From Squalus acanthias (lineage: Eukaryota), in contig CM059432.1 of assembly GCA_030390025.1 (NCBI GenBank), forward strand, positions 6,572,001 to 6,636,000: a stretch of 64,000 nucleotides of DNA, in the 5' to 3' direction. A program made the translations under genes and the position numbers. The notes under the pieces were generated by a model, which saw nothing but the letters and a program-made list of their open reading frames with translations, ran no database searches and had not been told where the DNA came from. Positions 51,911 to 63,388 of this stretch are shown here, one piece after another. The first letter of the stretch is position 1, and each line of letters starts with the position of its first letter.

Positions 51911-52722
51911 GTTTTCAGTTTTTAGATCTGTTCTGATTTACAAGAGATTTCATCCAGGTTGAGATGGCTACCTATTGGAGATGGTGGAAGGATTGGGTGA
52001 AAAATACTAATTTCTTAGATGCAGGGCCAGCAAATGACACTTTCCATCCACAGTGTGGACATCAAGTTAGCCCTGTAGAATCTTCTTCATTCGAAGAATA
52101 ATGCAGTCCCCTGTATTCCAAAATTCCAGCCAGCCCATCTGCCTTTCCTTCATTGAGAAAATTCATTGCAATTTTATAGCCGTCAATTGTTGTGTTTTGC
52201 CTCTCTGGAGAGAAATAAGAATCCTATGCCAGCCCAAGGGAAGTGTTTTCATATGATGTTTAAAAGTTGAGCCATGTGATTAAAATTACTGGCACCACAA
52301 ACACATTTAAAAGTTGCATCCTTTTGATTCAACATGTGGAGAAGCCACACAAACTGCGGTGATATGTGAAGGAGCTTTCAATTGAAAAATAGCAGAATGA
52401 TAGAAGGCAGGTAATCATACATAGAAATTAAAACACAGAAACCGCTCGTTCGGCTTCACCAGTCTGTTCTGGTGTTCAGCCTCCGCAGGAACAGTAGACC
52501 TCATCCCATACGCCATGCCTGTTCCGATATTCTTTTATTCTCCTTTCCTTCAACCACTGATCTAACCTATTCTTACAAGTTGACCTCGTCTATGTTTCTA
52601 GCACTACCTCTGAGGGTGCATTCCACGGTCTCACAACCCCTCATGTAAAAAAAAGTTTCTCCTACTCCCTCTGCTAAATCTTTTACATTTAACCAGTTTC
52701 CACCTAGTTTGCTCCAGTTCAT

Positions 52723-52880
52723 GGGGGAAAAATTTGCTTGCTTTGCGCCTCCCGTTAGTGCCCCACCTCCTGCTTGGGGCGCTACCATTCAATTTTGGGC
52801 GCGGAAGCGCTAACTTTTTCTGAAAGTAACGCCCCGGCGAAGTTAGTGCCCCAAAGGGGGCGCGACCCAATTTTTCCACC
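52723..52880 (+). mobile_element. 158-bp minimal MITE, family C
   Basis: TIRs gggggaaaaatt / aatttttccacc. Perfect TSD CAT. Both ends match 45615-46505. Confidence 0.88.
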
Positions 52881-53074
52881 CATATTTGTAAACTCCTCAA
52901 TCAAATCACCCCATAACCACCTCCGTTGCAATGAAAACAACCCCAATTTTTCATGTTCTTCATACTTGTATTTCCTCATACCAGATGGCGTCCTAGTGAT
53001 TCTGCGCTGCACCCCAACTATGGTTTTATGCAGATTCACCATTACATCTTGATTGGTATTTTCTATACCTTGTC

Positions 53075-53480
53075 AGTGTCAGCCTTGCCTCAGTGGTCGC
53101 ACTCTTGCCTCTGAGTCAGAGACTTGAGCGCATAATCTAGGCTGACACTCCAGTGCAGTACTGAGGGAGTGCTGCACTGTCGGAGGTGCTATCTTTCGGA
53201 TGAGATGTTGAACCGAGACCCTGTCTGCCCTCTAAGGTGGATGTAAAAAGATCTCATGGCACTATTCCAAGAAGAGTAGGGGAGATCTCCCCAGTGTCCT
53301 GGCCAACATTTATCCCTCAACCAACATCTATCTCATTGCTGTTTGTGGGAGCTTGCTGTGTGCAAATTGGCTGCCGCGGTTCCTATATTACAACAGTAAC
53401 TACACATCAATAGTTGACTGTAAAGCGCTTTGGGACGGCCTGGGGCTGTGAAAGGTGCTATAGAAATGCAAGTCTTCCTT
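53075..53480 (+). mobile_element. Deu-domain SINE
   Basis: A box region present, B box deleted, Deu-domain and tail present. Confidence 0.88.
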
Positions 53481-54021
53481 ATTTATTTTTTTTCTTTGCC
53501 ATAAAACCCAATATTCCATTAGGTTTTTTATGGTCTTATGCACTTGAGATGCTACTTTTAACCTTGCGAACCCAAACTCCCAAATCCCTCTGCTTTTCTA
53601 CATCATCCAGCCTTCCACCATTGAAAGTACAATTTTTTTAAAACCAAAATGTACAATCTCACATTTAGTGACATTAAATTCCATCTGCCACTGTTTCGCC
53701 CGTTCTACCACCTGATCAATATCCCCTTGCACCTTCTTTTGGTCCTCCAGAATTATTTATTATGCCTCCTATTTTCGTACCATTTAAATATTTGGAGTGT
53801 TTTCCTACTAGTCCAAAATCCAAATAGTACATGCACACAGTGAACAGAATCAGTGCCAGAACAACCCTGTGGAACCATGTTACCCATTTTGAACTGCTGA
53901 GAAATTGCCCTTAATTCTACTCTCTCTCTCTTGTTAAATGAGTTAATAGCTACTTCTATGTTTTAAGAACATTTTCTATGATTTTTTTTTCCTTTTATAG
54001 ACTAGCTTTGTTGCATGTGTA

Positions 54022-54364
54022 CAGGTAGCTGTAGCTTAGTGGTTGTGGTGCTGACAAACAACCCAGAGGTTATGAGTTTAAACCCCACCATGGCAAGTTG
54101 TAAAATTGAATTCAATAAATCTGGTAATTTGTGGGCTAGCTAGCACCAGTTAAAATGACCGTAAAAGCTGCTGGATTGCCGTAAAAACCCAACTGGTTCA
54201 TCAATATCCTTCAGATAAGAGACCTGCCACCCCTGCCTCATCTGGCCTACTCACCCTTACAGTCCCAGAATACGGAGTTGACTCTTAATGTCCTCAGGGA
54301 AACTGGAGATGGCAATAAATACTGTCTTGTCAGTGTCGCCCATATCTTAAGAACAAAAAAAAAA
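54022..54364 (+). mobile_element. SINE-X short variant
   Basis: A box tagcttagtgg, B-box-like gagtttaaacc, and ggcaataaat tail with A-run. Confidence 0.75.
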
Positions 54365-54844
54365 GTGGACTCCTGTTTGTAACTGACTTCACAACGTGAC
54401 TATAGAATGAGTGAATGTTTAGTGACCATTTATTGAAAATATTCAGTCAGTGCGAAGCTGTTTTCAATAAGGATAATAAAAATAGTGACATTTATATCAA
54501 GTTTGCTTTTAATTAAAAAAAAATATACACTCTGGCTTTGAGCTTTGCTGTACGCTTCAAGGAATAACTAAAATGAGTCGCTGTGTGCTGCTAAAACGTA
54601 TTTACAGTACCAAAGAACACTCTGCTCTGATAAGGAAATTCGAGCATCCATGTAGAAAATTCCCTCAAATAGAAACAACTGGATATTGGAAATGACTGTA
54701 CTAATAATTGGTAACTTTAATTTTACTGTTGTACGAATCACCTGTAAGTAAATGCAAGAGAAAAATTGAGTTGCGACGATTGGCAACAACGTTATAGAGT
54801 GCTAAAAGGACGAATAGAAAACTTTATCCGAAGCTTTCCTTTTT

Positions 54845-55247
54845 AATTAATTCACTGGATGTGGACGTTGCCGGCAAGCCAGCATTTATTGCCCATCCCT
54901 AATTGCCCTGGAGAAGGTGGTGGTGAGCCGCCTTCTTGAATACAACTGAGTGTCTCGCTCGGTCATTTCAGAGGGGCAGTTAAGAGTCAACCACATTGCT
55001 ATGGGTCTGGAGTCACTTAGAGGCCAGACCTGGGTAAGGACGGCAGATTTCCTTCCCTGAAGGACATTAGTGAACCAGATGGGTTTTTACGACGATCCGG
55101 TAGTTTCATGGTCACCATTAACGATGCTAGCCTTTTATTCCGGATTTATTTAATTAATCGAATTTCAATTTCCCAGCTGCCGCGGTGGGCTTTGAAGTCT
55201 TGTCTCCGAATCGTTCGTCCAGTAACATAACCGCTGTGCTACCGTAT
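54845..55247 (-). mobile_element. SINE-X
   Basis: Collinear with 20575-20980. Confidence 0.87.
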
Positions 55248-56117
55248 AATATGGTCAGCACTTATATTGGTAAAACTCTGTGTATAATGATGGTCACAGT
55301 TCCAACTTAGATTGAAATAAATTCACTGTTAATTTTGTATGCAACATGTGCTGGAGATAGATTAAGTTGAATTAAAAAAAAAAATAACAGGCTGCTTTAA
55401 AATGTAACTGCTTCAATTAAAATGTCTTTGTTTTAGTCCGTGATAACTATGGGTATTTCAAAACAAATTTGAAAGCACACATAACTTGCTGTTCCTCAGT
55501 TTGCCACTGAAAACCAAAAGATAAACAACTAAATCAGTAAGCATACTCATCAGCCAAGGTAAGACACGAATGAAGGTCCACCTGATCCTTCACAAATGCT
55601 GCTGATTTGCAAGTCAGGAACTGTAATCTATTTTAATATCATCTTTGGCGACGGTATAATCTTCTCCTCCCACAGCTATTCTTGCTCGGTAAATTTTGTG
55701 AGTTTCACGTTTGAATTAAGTCAGTGTCTTTTTAAAAAAGCTAGGTGAGGGTGAAGGCCTCTAGTACAGGGCAGCACCAAGATTAAAGAGAAATGGGGAG
55801 AGATAACTGCTCGTTGTCCATTGCTTGTTTGAAGCTGTTAAATCTGGTGTTAACATGACTTGCTTTTACCTATATTTTGAGATTTAGGTACTCATTTGAG
55901 TTCATTGTAGTGTTACTTTTTTTCTTCTTCCAACGTAAACTATTTAGTACATTTCCATGTGTATTAGTGATGCATTACATTGCTGAATATTAAATATTGC
56001 ACCTTATATCTTTCCCTCAGTATTTAAAAATATTTTAAATTGGTTTATTGGTCTTGTGAATTCCTGTCTTGTCTCGGTTGAGTCGGCATACGCAGCCTAG
56101 CTGTACTCCGCCAACTT

Positions 56118-56320
56118 TTGGTCAGGACGCCAGGGATAACCCCCCTGCTCGTCTTCGAAATAGTGCCATGGGATCTTTTACGTCCACCTGAGAGGGCAGA
56201 GGGGGCCTCATTTTGATGACACCTCCGACAGTGCAGAAGTGTCAGCATTGATCCTGGGAGTTAAACCCAACAACCTTCTGACTCAGAGGTGAGAGTGCTA
56301 CCCACTGAGCCACGGCTGAC
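56118..56320 (-). mobile_element. Deu-domain SINE, partial
   Basis: tRNA head and part of the Deu-domain. Confidence 0.8.
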
Positions 56321-56809
56321 CCCTGTGCTTGGCATAGAAGAAGCCACTGTGGAAGGTGGCTCATTGAAGAGAATTCTGTATTTTCCTCCTCGGTCTCAGA
56401 CTAAAGTTATTTGCATAGGTTTTTCTTGTTGAATTTTTATGCACTAGTCCTGGTGCTCTCAGCTGTCCCTTAGATCAGCTCTCATGCTGGACTTAAGTGG
56501 TGCTCGGGTTCTGTATTTCTCCCTCCTTTCCCTCCCTCCATTGTTATTTCTTCTCCCATCTCACGGTGTAGAAAGCCCCTGTGCCAAACATTATCCCAGC
56601 TTCATCTACTCCTCATATTATTAATTAGCTATTTCCTGCAGGCAAGATGTCACTTTTTCTGTCTCAAACACTCAAGTCAAACAAATAATTCTGTTTGATT
56701 CTTTTTGGAAAATCCAGAACTAAGATGGCTTACTGCTCTTTCAGACACTCCTGCCAAAGCCAGCTCGTGCGCATCTTTCAGTTGCTCTTGGCATAATCCT
56801 TATCACCAC

Positions 56810-57475
56810 AATACCTCACGTCTTAAGCTCCTATTCAAACCTAAGCTGAGCTTCCGACCCCATATTTATTACATCACAAAGGCCACCTATTTCCTCCTAA
56901 GTAAAATTGCCCGCCTCTGCCCCTGTTTCAGCCCATCAACAATTGAAACCCTCATCCATGCCTTTGTCACCTTTAGCCTCGACTATTTCAATGCTCTCCT
57001 GACTGTCATCACCATCCTCCGCCCTCCAGAAACTTCAGCTCATCCAAAACTCTGCTGCCTCTATCTTATCCCGTACCTAAGCCCTATCACCTACTGCTGA
57101 CCTACATTGGCTCCCAGCCCCCCAGCAGCTCAAATGTAAAATTTTTACCCTTGTGTTTAAATCACTTTTTTGGCCGATCTCTCTAACCTCGTCCAGTCCT
57201 ACATTCAGACCCCCCCCCGCCCTTCCGAATTCTCCACCCCTCCGACTCTGGCCCTTGCCCCACCATTACTGGCTGTACCTTCAGTTGCTTGGGCTACGCT
57301 CTGGAGTTCCCTCCCTAAACCTCTCCACCTCCCTCTCGTCATTTTAGGCTTTCCTCAAAACTCCTTGTATGTCCTTCTTTGACTTGGCATCCATTTTTGT
57401 CTGATTAGGCCTCTGTGAAGAGCCTTGGGAAAATGTTCTACGTTACAAGCACTATAAAATGCAAATTGTTGTCGT
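56810..57475 (+). mobile_element. Old L2 3' fragment
   Basis: KLSFRPHIYYITK...IARLCP...ETLIHAFVTFSLDYFNALL. Confidence 0.85.
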
Positions 57476-58311
57476 AGTAATTATTACAGAATTCAAATAT
57501 TCCAAAAATGTTATGTTTTAAAAAAAATAATCATAATTTAATCTTTAAGCTTCTAGTGTCCAATGTGAGACATTGTGATGTTGAGAGGGATGTCGTGTGC
57601 AAATAACCCAACAGGGGCTTTCAGACCACTTTACAGAAACGTAAATGGGCAGTGAAGAATGTTAAGGAACATTGAGCCACTTGCCTGATCTATGTCTTAT
57701 TTCGGGAAAAAGCACAGGCAGATATTTCAAAATAGCTTCAACTAGTATTACATTTAAGTGGTGGACTGTCGGTCATTCATCATCAATAGTTAAAACCGTG
57801 AATTCACATAAAAAGAAAATAGAAACATGGAATGTTTGCAGTGGTTTTTGCTCACATATGTTTTACAGAGCTCATGAAATAGAATTCAAACTAAAGGTGA
57901 GATCATCATTTTCTACAGTGTTTTTTTTCCATTTATCTTGCCACATCAGGCAGACATTACACTTGGAGACAGTATATTTTTGAAGGTTGCTGTCTAAAAT
58001 GAAAACGCATGATGGTAAAATCATACTTTTTACAGCAAACTTATGCTGTGCTATATATAATCCGATGTATGTAATGCAAGTGAGGGAAACTCTGTGGATG
58101 GTATCGGTTATTTACATTAATAAAAGTGCTACCGATTATTTAGGGCAGGAGCATTTTTAGGTGATTTTTTTTTTAAAGTATTAATACACTGGCTGGTGAA
58201 TATAGTTAACCTATAGTTTCTTTACTTAACTGTTCTGTTATATTCTTCACTAGAGCTTCCATTGTAAATATTTCTGCACCTGTTTGCTAAATACAACGGT
58301 ACAATATCTTT

Positions 58312-58450
58312 ACAAAAACAAAATACTGCGGATGCTGGCAATCTGAAATAAAAACAGAAAATGCTGGAAATACATTTCAACGTTAACTCTGTTTCTCGCT
58401 CCACAGATGCTGCCTGACCTGCTGAGTATTTCCGGCATTTTCTGTTTTTA
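58312..58450. mobile_element. Penelope family 1 inverted mini-element
   Basis: Arms aaaaacagaaaatgctggaaatac / gtatttccggcattttctgttttt. The second part begins at acgttaactctg. Degenerate TSD gtacaatatcttt / gtacgatattttt. Confidence 0.75.
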
Positions 58451-59221
58451 GTACGATATTTTTGATGATTATTGAGGAAAAATTAACTTTCTCATTATGG
58501 ATTGTGCGCAGGCAGTCAGTCCGTCCCACTGCTAAATTGATATGCTTTGCGCCTCTTTTACATCTGAAAAACGGGCGCAACGCACACCAATTTCTACCCC
58601 AGTGAAGTGACATTTTCGTTGCTAGCTTTTCCATCTGCACGTTTAAAAAAAAAAAGAGAACCAATCTAAACTTCCTAGCTGTATTTAATAAGTAGCCAGG
58701 TAAGGCAAAGGGTAAATGGAATAGAGTAAATGGTTAACAAAGTAACCATATGTACAAATACATTAAGTGTTTTATTAACTAAGTAAGCCTGCTGAGTTTA
58801 GGAGGAAGTTTGCGGTCACTTGTAAAAAAAAATCTGCAACTCAAGACCTCTCAAGACTGTAACAATATGGACTTCAGACTGTGCTTTCCAGAAGGTCATG
58901 GAATGAGCGCAAATTTAAATTTACAGTTGCTTTGCTAACATTGGATAGGGTCCTCCAAAAACAGATTTAAACTGTCAATACCTTTATCATTTCTGTGTGC
59001 CAGTTTTTCTTTCTTTGCGAGTCTGTTGCAGTTTTGAGGGCAAAATAATTTTTCAGTGTATTTTACAATATTGGTACAGCAAGGATCTCTGGCAAATTGA
59101 AGGCACTAATGCTGAAATAAGAAAAGTTATAATGACAATCTGCTACAAAGGTTCGAGTATAAATTCGGTCGAAGATATTTCGACGTGGGCCTTCATCCTT
59201 AAACCAATTACCATTGCTCAG

Positions 59222-59285
59222 TACTATATATCACAAGCCAACGCAAAGGGCCCTACTATATATCACAAGCCAACGCAAAGGGCCC
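59222..59285. repeat. Perfect 32-bp tandem duplication
   Basis: tactatatatcacaagccaacgcaaagggccc, two copies. Confidence 0.97.
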
Positions 59286-60242
59286 TTTGTGTCCTTTCAA
59301 GCCACTATCATACATCCTCTTAAAAAATGCTCTGCAGCGGTAGCTCAACACAGACACCATACTGTTGTGAACTGTTACAATGTGTTAAGACTGTAAAGGT
59401 AAGTGAGGTTTGTGGCAGAGTTCACTGGTTTGGATTGATGGTATGCTCGTTTTCTGACAGTTAGGGTGCATCTATTTCCAGCCAGGCGGAACCCTGTTTA
59501 CATTGCTTGGCTCCTGCCTGGCTGGAACTCTGACGTCCCATTGAGGAAAGCTCTGCGCAGGCCTGGATGCGTGCATGCACAAGCTCTCTTCCAACAGTTA
59601 GAAATCGAGAACGCTTAGAAGGTGTGGGATGGAAGAAACCCCGGCATTAAACATTTAACTTGAGCTAAGGTGGTTTTTAAGAAGTGCAGTGATCCACCTG
59701 AGCACTTTGTAAACCAGGTGTGACTGACCACCACGCTGGATTTACATACCATGCTGTGTTGAAGCGAAGCAATTGCGAGACTGCAGCCTCCAGAATCGGG
59801 GTCGTACCTCAACCCCAAATTTACACTGCCGAGTGGCAGAGCGACAGGATAGTGCTGGGGAAATGCACCTGAAGCTGCTGCCATATGATTTTACTGCCAC
59901 ATGACCTGGGATTAAACTGTCTTCATTATCTTTAACACTCACTCGCGCTTTGCCAGTTTATTTTGTTTGCGAGTCTGTATCTAACGGTGCAGTTTCGAAG
60001 ATAAAAACAGTTCCTCAATGTATTTTTTAAAATGTTCATCAGCGGATTGTATAGCTTCATATTTTTCTCTTTTATCTGCAACTTTTTGTAGTTCTGTGCA
60101 AAGCTTCCTAATGCATCTGTGTATCAACGTGTATTCTCCAGAACATTAAATATCTTAAGTGTTGAGAACTAACTCCTCTATTTTGAATTTCTGATTATTT
60201 AAATGCAGCAGACGACTTCATTTGCAGTTTTCTTTTTATTAG

Positions 60243-60377
60243 GTGTGAAATCCCAGAATCCATTGCCAACTCTGGAGGGTTCTATCCAAAATGTTGAGTT
60301 GAAGTACTGTAGCACATCATTGGTAAAATGTGTTTCGGGGACCATGGGATCAATAAAAGCTTGTGCCAAAGCCCCAG
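60243..60377 (+). CDS. VPS13B: Internal coding exon of VPS13B (Cohen syndrome protein), probably equivalent to human exon 18
   Basis: Acceptor tttctttttattAG at 60242 and donor CAG|GTATGT at 60378. The 135-nt phase 1-1 exon reads (G)VKSQNPLPTLEGSIQNVELKYCSTSLVKCVSGTMGSIKACAKAP, nearly identical to the VPS13B peptide as I recall it (GVKSKNPLPTLEGSIQNVELKYCSTSLVKCASGTMGSIKICAKAP). Neighbouring exons were not found in the window. Confidence 0.93.
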
Positions 60378-61014
60378 GTATGTGCAGCTGGAACATGTAA
60401 AATTTTATTGCCTGTACCGGAGAATTGGCCTAACCCTTTATAAGGGAAGTCACTGAAATTAGAGTTTACTTTGTCTGCCATGAATCAGCTTTTTCCCCCC
60501 AAAGATTTGTTGTTTTGTCAGTGGAAGACCTTATTGTGCTTACAATTCTACCTATAATGTACAATGATTGGTCAGTGAAAATATTCATTTTTTTTTTTAC
60601 TGTTTTGGCCAAAATGTTTTGGATGTTTGTTTGCATTTCCTACAGTTCACTCTTAAGAATTGTGGTACAAACTTTTAAGCACTGGCATCTGTGTAAGCCT
60701 GATTTAAGGTAAGTATTTGTGGTATGTCCCACATTGTTTAAAGCCAGAACATTCAGTTACATGCTTACAATAGAAAACAGGTCATTCAGAATGGCACCGG
60801 ACAGCATGCATTCAGAATTCCGTGTTGAATAATTTAAATTAACATGGTATTTAATAGAATGAATCTATTAATCAATCTTCCATATAAGCACAATTTAGTG
60901 AAAATCAGATTTAGCCCCACATCACATACATCCACAGAGCATTTCAGTAATCTAGGCGGAAGGCGGTTTGCATCATCTTAATGTTTACTTAAATTTAAGT
61001 AAACTGGTTTCCTT

Positions 61015-61889
61015 TTTTTTATTCATGGGATCATGTGCGTCGCTGGCAAGGCTGACATTTGTTGTCCTTGAGAAGGTGGTGGTGAGCCGCCTTCTTGAAC
61101 TGCTGCAGTCCTTGCGGTGAAGGTACTCCCACAGTGCTGTTAGGGAGGGAGTTCCAGGATTTTGACCCAGCTTCGATGAAGGAATGACGATATATTTTCA
61201 AGTCAGGAATGTGTGTGACTTGGAGGGGAACTTGGAGGTGGTGGTGTTCCCATGCGCCTGCTGCCCTTGTCTTCGAGGTGGTAGAGGTCGCGGGTTTGGG
61301 AGGTGCTGCCGAAGAAGCCTTGGCAGGTTGCTGCAGTGCATCTTGTAGATGGTGTACACTGCAGCCATGGTACGCCGGTGGTGGAGGGAGTGAATGTTTA
61401 AGGTGGTGGATGGGGTGCCAATCAAGTGGGCTGCTTTGTCCTGGATGGTGTTGAGTTTCTTGAATGTTGTTGGAGCTGCATTCATCCAGGCAAGTGGAGA
61501 GCATTCCATCACACTCCTGACTTATGCCTTGTAGATTGGAAAGTCTTTGGGGCGTTCGGAGGTGAGTCACTCACTGCAGAATACCCAGCCTCTGAACTGC
61601 TCTTGTAGCCGCAGTATTTATGTGGATGGTATAGTTAAGTTTCTGGTCAATGTTGACCCCAGGATGCTGATGGTAGGTGATTCGTGGATGGTAATGCCAT
61701 TGAATATCAAGGGGAGGTGGTTAGACACTCTCTTGTTAGAGATAGTCATTGCCTGGCATTTGTGTGGCGCGAATGTTACTTGCCACTTATCAGCCCAAGC
61801 CTGAATGTTGTCTAGATCTTGCTGCATGCGGGCACGGACTGCTTCATTATCTGAGGAGTTTTTGAATGGAACTGAACATTGTGCAATCA
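61015..61889 (-). mobile_element. LINE-X 3' fragment (RT C-terminus and tail)
   Basis: MQQDLDNIQAWADKWQVTFAPHKCQ...MECSPLAWMNAAPTT...LHHRR. Tail matches 8110-8397. Confidence 0.9.
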
Positions 61890-63068
61890 AACGCTGCCAA
61901 TGCACCAAGCATTTCATTGTGCATACCCATCAGCCGCCTTCTGTGGGCAGAACTCCTGTGCGACCTTGCACTCCGGAGAGCTGGCACCTGCGCTACCATT
62001 TCCCGCTGCCCTGGCTGCAGACCAGTCGTGCCTGGTGACTCCCCACGTGCAGATCCCACCTGTATGCTACCCTCTAAATTACAGGCAGTGTCAGTATCTG
62101 AGCTGGTGGCTGCTAGTGTGAAATCGAGTGACGGTGCTGTGTCTTCAGCATCACTTCCTTCTTCCTCTTGTAGTTCCTGCACCTCCACCAATGCCTGGCC
62201 AGGTTGCAGTTCTTGGCTATCTGAAAGGAGAAAGGCACAAGCGTAGGGTTGTGGTGAGGAGAGGGCAGGGGCGCGGGGGGGTTGCAAACAAGAGGTGCAT
62301 GCTTACACCATCTGCAGCTTGTCAATCGGAAGAGATTGTGGGATGAGGGGGAAGTGGGATGTGAGGAGGAGGATTAGGTATGAGGATCCCGTCATCTTGC
62401 ATTGTTTCAGCCGTGCTGCTTGCCATGGGCCCAGCGATGGCCACTCCAATAATCTCCAGCACCGTCTCCTCCATCAGGGTAAGGTCATGCAAGCGCGTCT
62501 GCTTCCCTGCGAGTAGCCCCTGCTGCCTCCAGTTATGAGCCATCTTGTCCTGCAAGAGAAGGGAAGTGTGTCAGTGAATGTGGTTCAATGTGATTGGGTG
62601 ATGTGCTTGTCATGGTTGAATAGCTGGCAGTGTGTGCAAGCTGAGAGATGTGGGTGTGCGGCTTGCAGTAGTAGTAAGTGTGTGAGGGTGAAGTGGAAGC
62701 TATGAATGTGACATATGAGTCGTGATTGATATTGTTGGTAGGTTCGTGAATGGGAGTGGTGAATTGAGCAGTGTCGAAGGCTAGTGGTTCAGTTGTAAGG
62801 ATATGGCATTTGAAGATACCTCACTGACCTTGACCACTCGTGTGAAGTCATTAAACTTCTTGAGACACTGCAACCAGGTCCTCGGGGCGACACTGCTGGC
62901 ATTGACTGCAACAGCTATCTACTCCCATTGCCTTCTCCAACTTTGTCTGGAGGGCCTCCTGGCCCCCTGTGGAAACAGGGCCTCTCTTATCGTGTCCACC
63001 TCCTGCACCAAGGCCTCCAGTGCTGCGTCAGCGAACCTTGGAGCACGCACTCTGCCATGTTGCACCAT
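61890..63068 (-). pseudogene. Harbinger Myb/SANT-like (trihelix) DNA-binding protein, 3 exons: 63068-62829, 62549-62390, 62220-~61890
   Basis: Exon 1 reads MVQHGRVRAPRFADAALEALVQEV...QWE*IAVAVN...RTWLQCLKKFNDF (RF...W...W.QC.KKF.D pattern, one stop). Donor AAG|GTCAGT; acceptors ttctcttgcAG and ctcctttcAG. The second donor reads GG instead of GT, but the phases are compatible. Confidence 0.8.
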
Positions 63069-63388
63069 TATTCAGTGTTGTTCCTGTTCATACTCTGTTC
63101 CCCGGCCAGTTGCATCACCTGCTGCAGCCAGAATGCACCTCCCCTTTAAGAGGTGCAGGCTGTCTTTAAGTAGTGCAGGCTGCCTTTAAGTGGTGCTAGC
63201 CTCCCACGAACTTGGGTCCCCTGCCGAGGCATGCAACCACTCAGCAGCGCATTCAGCGCAGGGCTGCATGCTACCAGCAGGCAGCATGAAGTTTGCATGC
63301 TGCCTGCATTACTTTTTTAACGGGCGTGGGTTGATCGTGCATCGCAAATCCCGCGCCCATTTTCGGGGGCAATCGAATTTTTAGCCCC
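61890..63388 (-). mobile_element. Harbinger transposon end carrying a Myb/SANT-like gene
   Basis: TIR reverse-complements to GGGGCTAAAAATTCG and ends at 63388. Contains the spliced Myb/SANT pseudogene. Confidence 0.82.

Larger units (their letters stand above)
52420..53850 (-). mobile_element. Old CR1 3' portion, interrupted by a MITE and a SINE
   Basis: QRRITR...LGLFSLQRRWLWGDL, and a WQMEFNV-like remnant near 53670-53690. Confidence 0.7.

Noticed and set aside
59165..59200. Possible ninth hammerhead on the minus strand (gaugaaggc...gucgaaauauc)
   Set aside because: The CUGA core is missing and there is no stem I.
59222..59285. 32-bp repeat as CRISPR-like
   Set aside because: Only two directly adjacent copies with no spacer, in a eukaryotic context.
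59338..59398. Possible 61-nt exon ending AAG|GTAAGT
   Set aside because: Poor polypyrimidine tract, and such donors are expected by chance in 64 kb.
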